Shown here: positions 13,087-25,816 of the stretch, one piece after another
Layout: each line of letters opens with the position of its first letter
Numbering within the stretch: position 1 is the first letter of the stretch
Assembly: GCF_006345805.1 (NCBI RefSeq)
Contig: NC_042999.1
Location: 20,398,001-20,462,000, forward strand
Direction: 5' to 3'
DNA: 64,000 nucleotides
DNA from: Octopus sinensis
Lineage: Eukaryota
The notes under the pieces: generated by a model
The model's database searches: none
What the model was told of the DNA's origin: nothing
The model's input: only the letters and a program-made list of their open reading frames with translations
Position numbers and translations under genes: made by a program

Positions 13087-13500
13087 CAGGAGTGGCTGTA
13101 TGGTAAGTAGCCTTCTCACCAACCACATGGTTGTGGGTTCAGTCCCACTGCGTGGCATCTTGGGCAAGTGTCTTCTGCTATAGCCTCGGACCAACCAAAG
13201 CCTTGTGAGTGGATTTGGTAGACGGAAACTGAAAGAATCCTGTCGTATATACATGTGTATGTATGTGTGTGAGTGTGTTTGTGTGTGTTTTCGTCCCTCC
13301 AACATCGCTTGACAACAGACGCTGGTGTGTTTACGTCCCCGTTACTTAGCGGTTCGACAAAAGCGAACGATAGAGTAAGTACTAGGCTTACTAAGAATAA
13401 GTCCAGGCCAGGGGTCGATTTATTCGACTAAAGGGCTGTGCTCCGGCATATAGCCTCAATCAAATGACTGAAACAAACAAAAGAATAAAAGAATAAAAGA
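13087..13500 (+). mobile_element. SINE family B, full length
   Basis: GGAGTGGCTGT.TGGTAAG A box, GGGTTCAGTCCC B box, CTTGGGCAAGTGTCTT CORE-like segment, internal (TG) tract, (AAAAGAAT) tail. Confidence 0.92.
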
Positions 13501-13794
13501 AGAAAAAAAACACAGCTGATCAAACGACTCTTACTGAAAAGCTCATCGTCGAGAACGACGAAGGACCAGACATATATTTACTAAACTCATTGCTGTTGTT
13601 AAAATTTCATGTTCTCTTTTTTTTCTCGCCTATCCAAGTCTTCTTACTCTTGTTGTCTTTTAATATTTACCTTTCTTTCGCGCTTCGTCTTTCATGTTTG
13701 TGGAAGTTATTTTTGCAAATTCTCATCTACAACTGACGTTGCTTTCTGCAGCTTCCTCTTTCTTATACAATAACGGTTTTTGTTCTTGTTTAAG

Positions 13795-13836
13795 CTGTTG
13801 TTTGTTTGTTTGTTGATGTTGTTGATGTTGTTGTTT

Positions 13837-13868
<32 letters not shown>

Positions 13869-14002
13869 GCTGGTGTTGGTTGTTTCTTCCGATACTGCTG
13901 CACCTGGTATTATTGATCATGCAGGCTTTTATTTTATTTAATTTTTTTTTTTTTGCTGTTTTTGCTTTTTTGTTGTTGTTAATGTCACCATTTTATTTAT
14001 TT

Positions 14003-14033
<31 letters not shown>

Positions 14034-14237
14034 TTGCGGTTTATGTCGATGATGATGACGATGATGATGATGGATGTTGCTGCTACTGCTTCTAATGATG
14101 ATGATGAGGATGATGATGATGACGATGATGATGATGATGACAATGATGATGATGAGATGATGATGATGATGATGACGATGATGATGATGATGATGATGAT
14201 GAAGATGATTATGATGATGAAGATGATTATGATGATA
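13795..14237. repeat. (GTT)n, (TTTA)n and (GAT)n arrays
   Basis: Direct reading. Confidence 0.9.
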
Positions 14238-14409
14238 ACATTTCTTGGTTGTTTCTTTTTTACTTTTGTTATATGAAACGCAATAGTTGTATCTTATTTT
14301 ATTTTATTTTGTATTTTGTTTATTCAATAGTAATGTTTCTCTTTTTTTCGTCACTGCTCTCCCGTTGATGTTAGCAATAAAGCTCATACTATTACTGTTG
14401 ACGCTGAAT

Positions 14410-15185
14410 GGTGGCGGCGGCGGCGGTGGTAGTGGTAGTGGTGGGGAATGTTGATGATGATGATGACCGTTGTGGTTGTGGTTGTGGTTTTAGTGGTGCG
14501 GCTGTAGTGTTGATGATGAGGAGGATGGTAGTGGTGGTGGTGGTGATGGTTTTAGTGGTGGTTGTGATGGGGCTGTAGTGTTGCTGATGAGGAGGATGGT
14601 AGTGGTGGTGGTGATGGTTTCAGTGGTGTTGGTGGTGGGGCTGTAGTGTTGCTGATGAAGAGGATGGTAGTGGTGTTGGTGGTGGGGCTGTGATGTTGCT
14701 GATGAGGAGGATGGTGGTGGTGGTGATGATGGTTTTAGTGGTATTGGTGGTGGGGCTGTAGTGTTGCTGATGAGAAGGATGGTAGTGGTGGTGGGGATGG
14801 TTTAAGTGGTGGTGGTGATGGGGCTGTAGTGTTGCTGATGAGGAGGATGGTAGTGGTGGTGATGATTTTAGTGGTGGTGGTGGTGGTAAATAAGAATGGT
14901 GGTGGTTTTAGTGGTGGTAGTGGGGCTGTAGTGTTGATGAAGAGGAGGATGGTAGTGGTGGTGGTAGTTGTGGTGGTGGTGGTGGTGGTTGTGAAGTAGG
15001 TGGTAGTTGTTGTGGTGGTGATGGTGGGGTTGTAGTTTTGATGATGAGGATGATTGTAGTGCAGTTGGTGGATGTGAAGGTTGTGGGGGTGTCGGTGGGG
15101 ATGTAGTTTCGATGATGAGTATGATGGTAGTGGTGGTGTTGGTGGTGGTGATGGTGGTGGTGATGATGGTTTTAGTGGTTTTAGC
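14410..15185. repeat. GGT-rich minisatellite with a ~45-70 bp higher-order unit (GGGGCTGTAGTGTTGCTGATGAGGAGGATGGTAGTGG...)
   Basis: Anchor motif GCTGTAGTGTTG(C)TGATGA recurs near 14500, 14570, 14640, 14687, 14755, 14822, 14925, with decayed copies near 15030 and 15100. Confidence 0.85.
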
Positions 15186-15567
15186 GGCGGAAGTGTACGA
15201 CGTTGGTTGAGTTCGTAGTGGGTGTGGAGGGGCTTGATGTGGCTGATGATATTGCTTTGGTGGTAGTGATGTTGATGTTATTGCTGCTAATGGTATCGTT
15301 GTTAGGGGTTGCGTTGTTGGTGTTTCTAGTGGCCATGTTGCTGTTCGTGTTTGTGATAGTATTGGTAATGTGGTGGCGCTAGTAGTATTAGTCCTCCTAG
15401 TGGACTAACGCTTTTATTATTGTTCTTGGTGTTCATGGCAATGGTGGTGATGATAGCGGTGGTATTGCCATTGATTTTAATATTGGAGATATTGATGATG
15501 CGGGTTAGTAGATATTCATAATAGTCATGTGTTTATCTTTCTTCATGTTGATAATGTTGGTTGTGTT

Positions 15568-15960
15568 GGCGACTTGGCAGAATCGTTAGTACGCCGGGCG
15601 AAATGCATAGCGGTATTTTTCCATCTTTACGTTCTGAGTTCAAATTCCGCCGAGGTCGACTTGCCTTTCATCTTTTCGGGGTCGATTAAATAAGTACCAG
15701 TTACGCACTGGAGTTGATATAAATCGACTTAATCCGTTTGTCTGTCCTTGTTTGTACTCTTTGTGCTTAGCCCCTTGTGGGCAATAAAGAAATAGGTATT
15801 TCGTCTATCTTTACGTTCTGAGTTCAAATTCCGCCGAGGTCGACTTGCCTTTCGTCTTTTCCGGGATCGATAAATTAAGTACCAGTTGCGTACTGGGGTC
15901 GATCTAATCGACTGGTTCCCTCCTCAAAAATTTCGGACCTTGTGCCTAGATTAGAAAAGC
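15568..15960 (+). mobile_element. SINE family A, internally duplicated (dimeric) form
   Basis: B box/core block TACGTTCTGAGTTCAAATTCCGCCGAGGTCGAC present twice; ends CCTTGTGCCTAGATTAGAAAAG. Confidence 0.9.
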
Positions 15961-16254
15961 ATGTTGATTGTGATGATGGTCGTTTTGCCACTAGTGGTGG
16001 TGGTGGTGTTTATGGTACTGGAGGTTGTGGTGGTGGTAGTGTTGGTGGTTGTGGTTTAGGCTAGGCTCCTTGTGAGGGTCATCGTGCTATTATTTCTGGT
16101 ATTCATGGTCACACTGGCAATGGTGTTGGCAGTGCTGATGGTGGCAATGGTTATAGTGATAGTGGTGGTTGTGGTGATAGATTTGGTTAGGATAATGGTG
16201 ATGGTACTGTTAGATATGATTGTGGCGTTGGTGATGAGGATGGTGGTGATTGTA

Positions 16255-17000
16255 ACGATGATGATGATGATGATGATGGTTGGAGTGGGGAACCATGATG
16301 ACAGTGGCAGTAAAATGGATGTAGGTGTTGTTATTAGCGGTGGTTTTGGTAGCAGTGGTAAGCATGAAGCTGGTGGTGACGACGTCAGTGGTTGTATTGG
16401 TGGTGGTCGTAGTCATGATGGCGATGGTGATGATGATGATGATGATGATATAATGAGTATGATGATGATGACGATGATGATGGTGAGAATGATGATGATG
16501 AAGATGATGATGATGATGATGATGATGACGAAGACGATGATGATGATGAAGGTGATGAAGATGAAGATGGTGATGATGATGATGATGACGATGATGATTA
16601 TAATGAAAATGATGATGATGATGATGAAGATGATGATGATGATGATGAAGATGATGATGACAATGACGATGATGTTGATGATGACTATGATGACGATGAT
16701 GATGCCGGTGATGATGATGACGAGAATGACGATGATGATGACGGTGATGATGATGACGACGATGACGATAATGATGATGATGATGATGATGATGACGATG
16801 ATGATAATAATGAGAATGATGATGTGATGATGATGACGACGACGATGATGACGATGATGATGATGAAGATGATGACGATGATGATGATGATGACTATAAT
16901 GATGATGATGATGACCAGGATGATGATGATGTTGATGATGATGACGATTAAGATGATAATAATGATGATGATTGTGATGATAGTTACAAAAATGCTGGTG
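16255..17000. repeat. Imperfect (GAT)n array
   Basis: Direct reading; poly-Met/Asp ORFs. Confidence 0.95.
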
Positions 17001-17384
17001 ATGATAACAATGACAGCGATGGCATTTGTTTCTGTTCGCTGGTTCTGTACCTCTTGGTGTTGGTGATTGTGGTCGTGGTCGTGGTCGTGATAATGATGCT
17101 GGTGATGATGATGATGCTGTTCACTCCTGGTCTTTATCCTGCCGTGTGTTGCTCGGCATCTTTCTTCTCCATGTTTTTTTTTTGTTTACATCTTTTTGTT
17201 ATCCTACACGCTGAAATATTTGTTAGCAACTTTTCATACTTGTGTCATTGTAGACAACTCTTAGCTGCTACCGATGCAGCAGCAGCTGCTGCTGCTACTG
17301 CGACCGCTGCTACTGTTTATTTTTTGCAACTTTTATTTTTTATTCACATTTTATAGTTGTTATTGCCATTGTTAGGACACAGAG

Positions 17385-17872
17385 AAATATATATATATAT
17401 ATCGACTTATAATACTGTATATATATATATATATATAAATACACATATTTACAAGTATATATTTATAAATATACATACGCACATACATACATACATATAT
17501 ATATATACATATATACATATATATATATCTACTTAAAATATCATATATACCTATATATTTTGTGTGTGTGTATATATATACACAAATATATATATATACA
17601 TATACCTATATAAGTTTGTGAGTGTATAAATATATATACACAAATATTTATACATACACGCACGCACACACATATATATAAACATATATTATATATATAT
17701 ACATAACTACATGTTTATTATATATATATATGTATTCTTGTGTTTATATGTATACACATATATACACATATATTTATACATATATACACATATATACAGA
17801 CACAGACACACACATATATATATACATACAAATATACATATATGATATATATGTATATATTATATATATATA

Positions 17873-17919
<47 letters not shown>

Positions 17920-17932
17920 ATATATATACGAA

Positions 17933-17980
<48 letters not shown>

Positions 17981-18020
17981 AAATATATATATATATGTGT
18001 ATGTGTGTGTGTGTGTACAC
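17385..18020. repeat. (TA)/(CA) compound microsatellite
   Basis: Direct reading. Confidence 0.9.
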
Positions 18021-18302
18021 ACGCCACATGCCACACTGCTGCGATTCCTTCTCCTTGTCGATGTCATATGCTAATCTTCAGTATGGTGCTTTTTTATTCT
18101 CCTCCATTTTTATGTAATGCTGTTCTCGTTATTTTCTCTCTCTGTATGTTTGCGCGCAGTATATACATATATATTTATTTATTTATTTAATCTGAACATA
18201 TTCTATATCACATTTTATGTATTTGTATACACTTTATATCTCTATAATCTAAATACATATATGCAATACGTATTTTATGTGGTTCGTGGTATTGCAACAA
18301 AG

Positions 18303-18313
18303 CAATAATAATA

Positions 18314-18379
<66 letters not shown>

Positions 18380-18552
18380 CTAGAGAGAGTGTATTTCATA
18401 GCAATCCTTATGTTTGTGAGTTGGCCATGTTACCTATAAAGAATTTATTATTGCTGCTGTTGTTGCTGTCACCAGGTTTTGCTATTCGTATTATTATTAT
18501 CAGTATTATTATTATTATTATTATTATATTATTATTATTATCATTATTATTA

Positions 18553-18604
<52 letters not shown>

Positions 18605-18721
18605 CATTATATGCCCTGATGTAGCATTATCATTGTTATTATTTTTATTATCATCATCATTATCATTTTTATCAATAGTAATAGTAGTAGTGGCACTAAT
18701 AGTCGTAAGTAGCAGCATAAA

Positions 18722-18807
<86 letters not shown>

Positions 18808-18884
18808 TTTTATTATTATTATTATTATTATCATCATCATCATCATCATCATCATCGTTATTATTATCATTATCATTAATATTA

Positions 18885-18916
<32 letters not shown>

Positions 18917-18935
18917 GTTATTATCATTATTATTG
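18303..18935. repeat. Alternating (AAT)n/(ATT)n/(CAT)n arrays
   Basis: Direct reading. Confidence 0.9.
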
Positions 18936-19106
18936 CTATGGGTTTCAGTAATGTTGCATTAAGAGATTCCCATATCAAACCAGGTATTAGGTACATCTTA
19001 TGGAGAACATGCATAAAAGACACGAAGATTAACAGTGATTTTAAGGTTAATGAAAATAGTGAAAGGTAACGAAAATGTTCGCTTTTTTGTTTCCTTTTGC
19101 AAATGT

Positions 19107-19255
19107 TCAAGGATAGCGAATGCTACGTGTGAAAATGCTCTCACAATATATACTGAAACTTGTTAGATATTCTGATATTCTCTGGATCATGCCAATGTCT
19201 ATTTGTGCTGGTAATCTGTCTTTATAGAATATGTTTTGCACCACTCTGGTTGCAC
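19107..19255 (-). CDS. Candidate terminal coding exon of an unidentified gene (G)[48 protein letters not shown]
   Basis: Acceptor ccattttgtactag|GT; complex non-repetitive open frame; phase 1 matches the upstream candidate exon 19925-19976. Confidence 0.45.
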
Positions 19256-19286
19256 CTAGTACAAAATGGATTATATACACACATAC

Positions 19287-19317
<31 letters not shown>

Positions 19318-19442
19318 GATATATATATATATACACAACCATGCATACATAAGTACATACATACAGAAACATACGTACGTACAGACATGCAAATGCATTT
19401 ATGTAAAGAAGTAAAAAGTTTATTAGAGTGTGGACAAGGAAA

Positions 19443-19511
<69 letters not shown>

Positions 19512-19521
19512 TATATATGTA

Positions 19522-19563
<42 letters not shown>

Positions 19564-19924
19564 ATATATATAATATATGTATATATATATATATATAGTA
19601 TATGTATATATATATATAAAGGCGATTAGGAGAGATATCACAATGTTATGTGCCGTTTCTTAAGTGTGAAGCAAGGATGTTATATAATGTAAGATCTAAG
19701 TTGCGATATCGAATTTTACGAGAAGAAACGAAAGCAGTTTCATGTCCCGTATGGTAGAAACACGATGTGGAAATACATGCACGGGAAGACATTTGATGAA
19801 ATTGATGAAATAGAATGGGTGCTTACTACACGAATCCAAATAGATTTCTGCATCTCCGGTTTTAATTTATTCGACTGCTTACTGCTAATGATAAATGAGA
19901 ATGGCTGTAGATATTCGAGCATAC

Positions 19925-19976
19925 CTTGATAGGCTGAAGCTGTTCTGGGCAGGAGATGTTGAGGGTTAAGGAAAGC
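19925..19976 (-). CDS. Candidate 52-nt exon AFLNPQHLLPRTASAYQ(G)
   Basis: Acceptor ctcagttacttatag|GCT, donor AAG|gtatgc; phase 0 to 1. Confidence 0.4.
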
Positions 19977-20039
19977 CTATAAGTAACTGAGATAAGACTG
20001 TCCGTAGCTTCTGCTAATTAAAAGGATAATAACATAGTC

Positions 20040-20214
20040 GCAGGAGTGGCTGTGTGGTTAGAAGCTTGATTCCCAACCACATGGTTCTGGGTTCAGTCCC
20101 ACTGCGTGGCACCTTGGGCAAGTGTCTTTTACTATAGCCCCGGGCCGACCAAATCACTGTGAGTGAATCTGGTAGACGGAAACTGAAAGAAGCCCGTCCT
20201 ATATATATATATAT

Positions 20215-20258
<44 letters not shown>

Positions 20259-20492
20259 TATATATATGTATGTATGTATATTTTTGTGTGTCTGTGTTTG
20301 TCCCCCAACATCGCTTAACAACCGATGCTGGTGTGTTTACATCTCCGTAACTTAGCGGTTCGACAAAAGAGATCTATGGAATAAGTATTAAGCTTACAAT
20401 GAATAAGTCTTGGGGTCGATTTTCTCAACTAAAGGCGGTGCTCTAGCATGGCCGCAGTCAAATGACTGAAAAGAGAAAAAGATTAAAAGAGT
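20040..20492 (+). mobile_element. SINE family B, full length
   Basis: Same head, CORE-like body, internal (TA)n and tail as 13087-13500. Confidence 0.92.
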
Positions 20493-20880
20493 GAACAAGA
20501 ACGATATCGTTTATTTAGCACACGATCTTCAGATGAAGAAGACATTACAAGGAGAATTTACAAATCGTATACGAGATTACGATAAAGATGAAGTGAAACG
20601 AAGGTGGACTGTGATAAAATATATATAGTATACAAAATATGTGAGCACGAGAATGATGCAGTCCTTTCAACTAAAGCCAGTCAAGGACTCCACAAATCCA
20701 ATCCAGGCTTACCCTGGCAACCAAAGTCACACACGCACACCTATACACATTCACCTTCCATTGCATTTGTTGTCTTATGGCATGTCCCTTTGTAGTGTTA
20801 TATTTAAGAGATGAGGAATTATGCACATTATTTACATTATTTATATTTGTCGGATATGTGTCCTCATCTTATTTGTTGTT

Positions 20881-20926
20881 AACACAACGTTTCGGTTGAT
20901 ATACCGTCCAGCCTTCATCAGGTGTC
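20881..20926 (-). ncRNA. Minimal type I hammerhead ribozyme (left arm)
   Basis: Minus strand GACAC-CTGATGA-A-GGCTG-(10 nt)-CAACC-GAA-ACGT-T-GTGTT; one mismatch in stem II. Confidence 0.7.
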
Positions 20927-20973
20927 TTGGGGAGATTTCGAACCTGGATTCTCATTCCTAAGGTACTTTTCGA

Positions 20974-21004
<31 letters not shown>

Positions 21005-21025
21005 GTTGTTTTTGTTGTTGTTATT

Positions 21026-21099
21026 CAGGCCCTGCTTGGAATCGAACTCGGAATCTTCGAGTTTGTAGCTCGCTCTCTTAACCACTACGCCATGTGCCC
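21026..21099 (-). promoter_or_regulatory. tRNA-derived head with Pol III A and B boxes
   Basis: Minus strand GGGCACATGGCGTAGTGGTTAAGA...GAGTTCGATTCC; tRNA-like length and spacing but no clean acceptor stem. Confidence 0.75.
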
Positions 21100-21126
21100 A
21101 AGTTCGAGTCCAGACAGTGACCTGAA

Positions 21127-21208
<82 letters not shown>

Positions 21209-21260
21209 CAACACCAAAAAACACCTCAGGAATGAGAACCCAGGTTCGAAATTTCCCCAA

Positions 21261-21306
21261 GACACCTGAGGAAGGCTGGAGGGAATATCAGCCGAAACGT
21301 TGTGTT
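21261..21306 (+). ncRNA. Minimal type I hammerhead ribozyme (right arm)
   Basis: GACAC-CTGAGGA-A-GGCTG-(GAGGGAATAT)-CAGCC-GAA-ACGT-T-GTGTT: stem I GACAC/GUGUU, stem II GGCUG/CAGCC, palindromic ACGU stem III, GUU cleavage triplet. Confidence 0.75.
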
Positions 21307-21593
21307 AACAACAAACAAGATGAGGACAAATATCCGTCAAATGTATATAATGTATATCTCTTTGTGTCTGGTAATTTAGGTTATTGACTTATTAGAAATC
21401 TATAAATTAAGACAACCTGTAATACAAAATATGATCGACTCTTGTTTATCCCTGATCGTGTATGATCGTCATGACCTATGATCAAACGCTTAGTAGAATC
21501 ATGTAAACCATGTTGTTTCCGGGAAGAATTTATCTAGGACTGAAATATTCAGTCTTTTATTCTGTTTCTCCTATCTTTCTCTCTTTATCTCTT

Positions 21594-21635
<42 letters not shown>

Positions 21636-22229
21636 CTTTCTCTTTAAGAAGATTTATCTTCGATATTTTTAGCACGTCGAGCAACAGCATTGAAGCTCCT
21701 AAATTGGTTTCTAGACGTAAATGTTACTTTTGTTGACGGTAATGCAATTGTTGAGTTAGTTCATTGCAGTTACAACTAAATGCTATTTGTAATTTCATTG
21801 CTTGTATTTCCACCAATAAACGACACCATTACTATTATTGCTACTCCTGCTAGTTCCACTAGTTTTGCTTCTGTCGGTGATGTTCTGCTTGCACGTTTTA
21901 TAGGAAACGCTTTCCTTGTAATTCCTTTATATGCTGAATCACGCAAACCTATGCGAAGAATATTAACTTTTTACTTTTGCTAGTAAGAATGTTGCTGATA
22001 ATGATCATTATCAGATCTCAAATGTTGCCCTCACTTTAATATGCAGAGTAACAAGGCCTTAATATTTATACATTCTATATGCAAAAGATTGTAGAAACTT
22101 CTGTCTGATTAATATCAAAATTTTTGCGTGTTTTTCATTTCGGCGTAGGAAGAATGATTCTATCAGAATTTAAAGCTAGAGGGAATAAGAAATTATATAT
22201 GAGAGGAGCGTACATGCGTACTTATACAC

Positions 22230-22254
22230 ATACGTGTGTGTGTGTGTATATATA

Positions 22255-22296
<42 letters not shown>

Positions 22297-22637
22297 TATC
22301 ATATATACTATATACATATATATGTATATATACATATATGTATGTATGTATATATGCATATATATATATGTATATATGTATATATATGTATATATATATG
22401 CATGTATCTATGTATATATGTATATATATATATGTATATATATGTGTATATATATGTATGCATTTATATGTGTATGTATATATATATGTATATATATGTA
22501 TATATATATATGTATGTATATATATATATATATATGCATGTATCTATCTATATGTGTGTATGTATTTATATATGTGTATGTATATATGGTGGTATGTATA
22601 TATATATGTATGCATGCTTACACATGCACGTATATGT

Positions 22638-22668
<31 letters not shown>

Positions 22669-22715
22669 GATGGATGGATGGATGTATATGTGTATGTATG
22701 TATGTATACACACGC
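22230..22715. repeat. (TA)/(TATG) imperfect array
   Basis: Direct reading. Confidence 0.9.
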
Positions 22716-22829
22716 ACATATTTTCACTTGTAAAGAAAGTTGTAGTAATGCTAGATAATGCAGCAGAAATTGTAATATTTTCCTTTTGTCAGAATCAAAT
22801 TGATCAAAAAATCACTTTCCATTTATATC

Positions 22830-23050
22830 ACCTGTTGCATTAATGAATATCATACTACACCCATCATTCTTCCGGTGATGTCTAAATACTTTAATAGATT
22901 AGCAACTTCTTTTCCGTAAGCATTGGCCCATTTCCATTAATTTGAATTTTCAATTCCGTCTTCATCGTACTTTAGTTTACAAAGATATTCAATACATCAG
23001 GAACCATGTTTGCTCATTTTCTCATCTCTGCATGTTGTAATGTAGACGAT
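22830..23050 (-). pseudogene. Possible highly decayed pogo/Tigger (CENP-B HTH) transposase fragment
   Basis: Minus-strand NGPMLTEK followed by an out-of-frame ANLLKYLDITG resembles GP.L.EKA...A..L; weak. Confidence 0.25.
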
Positions 23051-23374
23051 TTTCATATGTTTGCTAGCTCAAGTTATCTTTGCAAATATAATTATTGTTA
23101 GAAAGTCTTTTATAAATCATTCTAAGTGGTTTCATTCCGTCTTATTTTCATACTATTAATATAATCATTGTGATTTTAACATTTTCATGCGTCTTTCGCA
23201 CCGACAGGCACACCACCCTCTTTCTGAGATGTATGCTGCACTATTGCGTTTTAATGTGAAGAACTGCGTTTATATTTTATTTTGATTTTGATTTATTAAG
23301 GATGTTGTTTCGGTGTAATTTTAGTGTATTTTATTATTTTGGAAGGTGTGCACTGTGTTATACAGAGTCGAGTG

Positions 23375-23890
23375 AAGGCGCAATGGCCCAGTGGTTAGGG
23401 CAGCGGTTTCGTGGTCATAGGATCGCTATTTCGAATTCCCAAACCGGGCATTATGAGTGTTTGTTGAGCGAAAGCATCTAAAGCTCCACGAGGCTCCGTC
23501 AGGGGGTGGTGGCAAACCCTGTTGTACAGTGGTTAGGGAAGTGGACTCGCGGTGATAGGATCGTGGTTTCGATTCCCAGACTGGGCATTGTGAGTGTTTA
23601 TAGAGCGAGAATACCTAAAGCTCCACGAGACTCCGGCAGAGTTTGGTGGCGAACCCTGTTGTACTTTTTCACCACAACTTTCTCTCACTCTTTCTTCGTG
23701 ATTCTATTGTACCTGTATTTCAAAGGGCCAGCGTTGTCACATTCTGTGTTACGGTGAATATCTCCGAGATCTACGTTAAGGGTACACGTGTCTGTGGAGT
23801 GCTCAGCCACTTGCGCGTTAATTTTACGAGCATGCTGTTCCGTTGATCGGATCAACTGAAACACTCGTCGTCGTAACCGACGGAGTGCCA
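23375..23890 (+). mobile_element. SINE family C with duplicated head
   Basis: GGCGCAATGGCCCAGTGGTTAGGGCAGCGG head twice, GGTTTCGATTCCC B box, tail ...GTCGTCGTAACCGACGGAGTGCC followed by an A-run. Confidence 0.9.
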
Positions 23891-24109
23891 CACACCAAAA
23901 AAAAAAAAAAATACAGTGACTTGTAATGTTGGTTGAATGTGTGTTGTGTAGGATGTCTGCTGCTGCTTCTACTAAGCCTAATTTTGTGCCATGTCTTGAG
24001 TTGTGGCATTATTGGTATTATTTTCTATTGTTTTCATTGAAAAAATTTATTTAGGAAACGACGTAATTTACGGTGCTGGTTCTGAATTCTGTAGAAAATC
24101 GATTGTTTT

Positions 24110-24296
24110 CTTTTATTCTTTGTTTCAGTCACTTGACTGTGGTCATACTGGAGCACTGCCTAGAGTCGTACAAATCGACCCCAGGTCTTGTTCTTTGTAA
24201 GCCTAGTACTTACTTTATCGGTCTCTTTTGCAAAACCGTTAACTTACGGGGACGTAAACATACCAACTTCGTTTGTCAAGCGATGGGGGGGGGGGC

Positions 24297-24355
<59 letters not shown>

Positions 24356-24525
24356 GCGACTGGCTTCTTTAAGTTTCCGTCTACCAAATCCACTCAGAAG
24401 CCTTTTAGTCAGCCTGAAGCTATAGTAGAAGACACTTACCGAAGGTGCCATGCAGTGTGACTGAACCCGGAACCATGTGGCTGGTAAGCAAGCCACATGG
24501 TTACCACACAACCACACCTGCGCCT
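24110..24525 (-). mobile_element. SINE family B
   Basis: Reverse complement of family B with internal (CA)n(TA)n. Confidence 0.9.
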
Positions 24526-24680
24526 ATATAGATATCCTTGAAATATAATGAATGTTCTATTAACACACGGTAGGGCACAATATTGACTTAATACACTTAT
24601 AACGTATTTTGTAGAGTATTAATGAAACAAAAGCCTTGCCAGCAGTTAAATTCATTTTACTTTTATGCTTACGCTTATGT

Positions 24681-24831
24681 CTAACTCCTTAGCATTCAAA
24701 TTATTCAATTAAATCATGTGACTATTTATTTTTATAATGACATTGTCGGTTAGGTGTGAGAAGTTGGTGTAGACATAAAGGAGGTAGAATATTTAGGCCA
24801 AGCATGGTCAATTTCAATGCTTAAGGGTTAA
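24681..24831. mobile_element. piggyBac-like MITE (TTAA-type ends)
   Basis: CTAACTCCTTAGCATTCAAATT ... AATTTCAATGCTTAAGGGTTAA imperfect terminal inverted repeats with (T)TAA ends. Confidence 0.6.
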
Positions 24832-25419
24832 TTTTATCATGACACGTATTATAATTATTACGTGTGCAATTTACAATTGCACACACCATATCTGCATATT
24901 CACGTCTCGATCCTTGTAATTTAATAATTTATTTGACGTGCATCTGGATACTATTTCTTCAAGAGGATTTGATTTTTATATCAGGGTACAGAAATTTTCA
25001 TTTATGTCACTGATTTATAAATCCGGGATGGACTGCCTTGATTATCGTATCATTGATTGGTTGAAATTACCGAAATACGACAAATTTAACGTGAAATTAC
25101 TTCGTAAATATAAGCTTTTCTCAAAATTGTAAGAGTAAAAGATATTTTATATGGCACATTCTACCAGTGTCCGAAGTTTGAAAGGGTTTAGTTACAAAAA
25201 AATATTTTTTAAATCTGTCGGTCAAAAGGTAAAGATCCCATTAACTAAGTACCAATTACACACTGGGGTCGATGCAATCGTCTTAATCCCTTCCCCCAAA
25301 TCTGAGGCCTTGTGCTTTCAATAAAAAGGAATGTATGGGTTAATACAGTGGTACAACTATTGAGATTTGGAAAAAAAAAATCACATATATACATGAATAC
25401 ACACACGCATATACGCGTG

Positions 25420-25625
25420 CTCGTTTGCGGATGTTTAACCTCTCACCGCTTGACCTGTAACATTGGCTTCTTTATATGTCCCTAACCTAGCACTACGGCA
25501 AAAAGAAAACGATCGAATAAATACTTGACTGAAAGATAAGCGCTGGGTTTGATTTGGTCGACTACACCCCTTCGAGGCGGTGCTCTAGCATGGCCACAAT
25601 CCAGTGAGTGAAGCCAGTAAACGAT
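25420..25625 (+). mobile_element. SINE family B, old 3' half
   Basis: CCGCTTGAC...GGCAAAA...GGCGGTGCTCTAGCATGGCCACA. Confidence 0.7.
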
Positions 25626-25816
25626 AAGCGATACTGAAGAATGAAAATTTATATTACACAGCAGACGTCATCTAGAAGCAATCAGTGAGATAACCGAATC
25701 ACTATTACACAGAATATGTGACAGGAAAGGACAAACAGCGATAGATTTGAATCACGTCTCCGATGATATATGTAAAACTATTTGCATTGGTTAGAATCTC
25801 TGTGGGTTCGTTCTGA

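Larger units (their letters stand above)
20795..21354. mobile_element. Family D foldback element, locus 2 (best preserved): two head-to-head tRNA-head/(AAT)n/hammerhead arms
   Basis: Left arm ~20800-21099 (minus) and right arm ~21101-21354 (plus) are reverse complements; each contains a full minimal hammerhead. Confidence 0.85.

Noticed and set aside
21026-21099. Functional tRNA gene (also 52353-52425 and the SINE heads)
   Set aside because: A and B boxes are present, but the acceptor stem and anticodon arm are inconsistent between copies and embedded in repeats.
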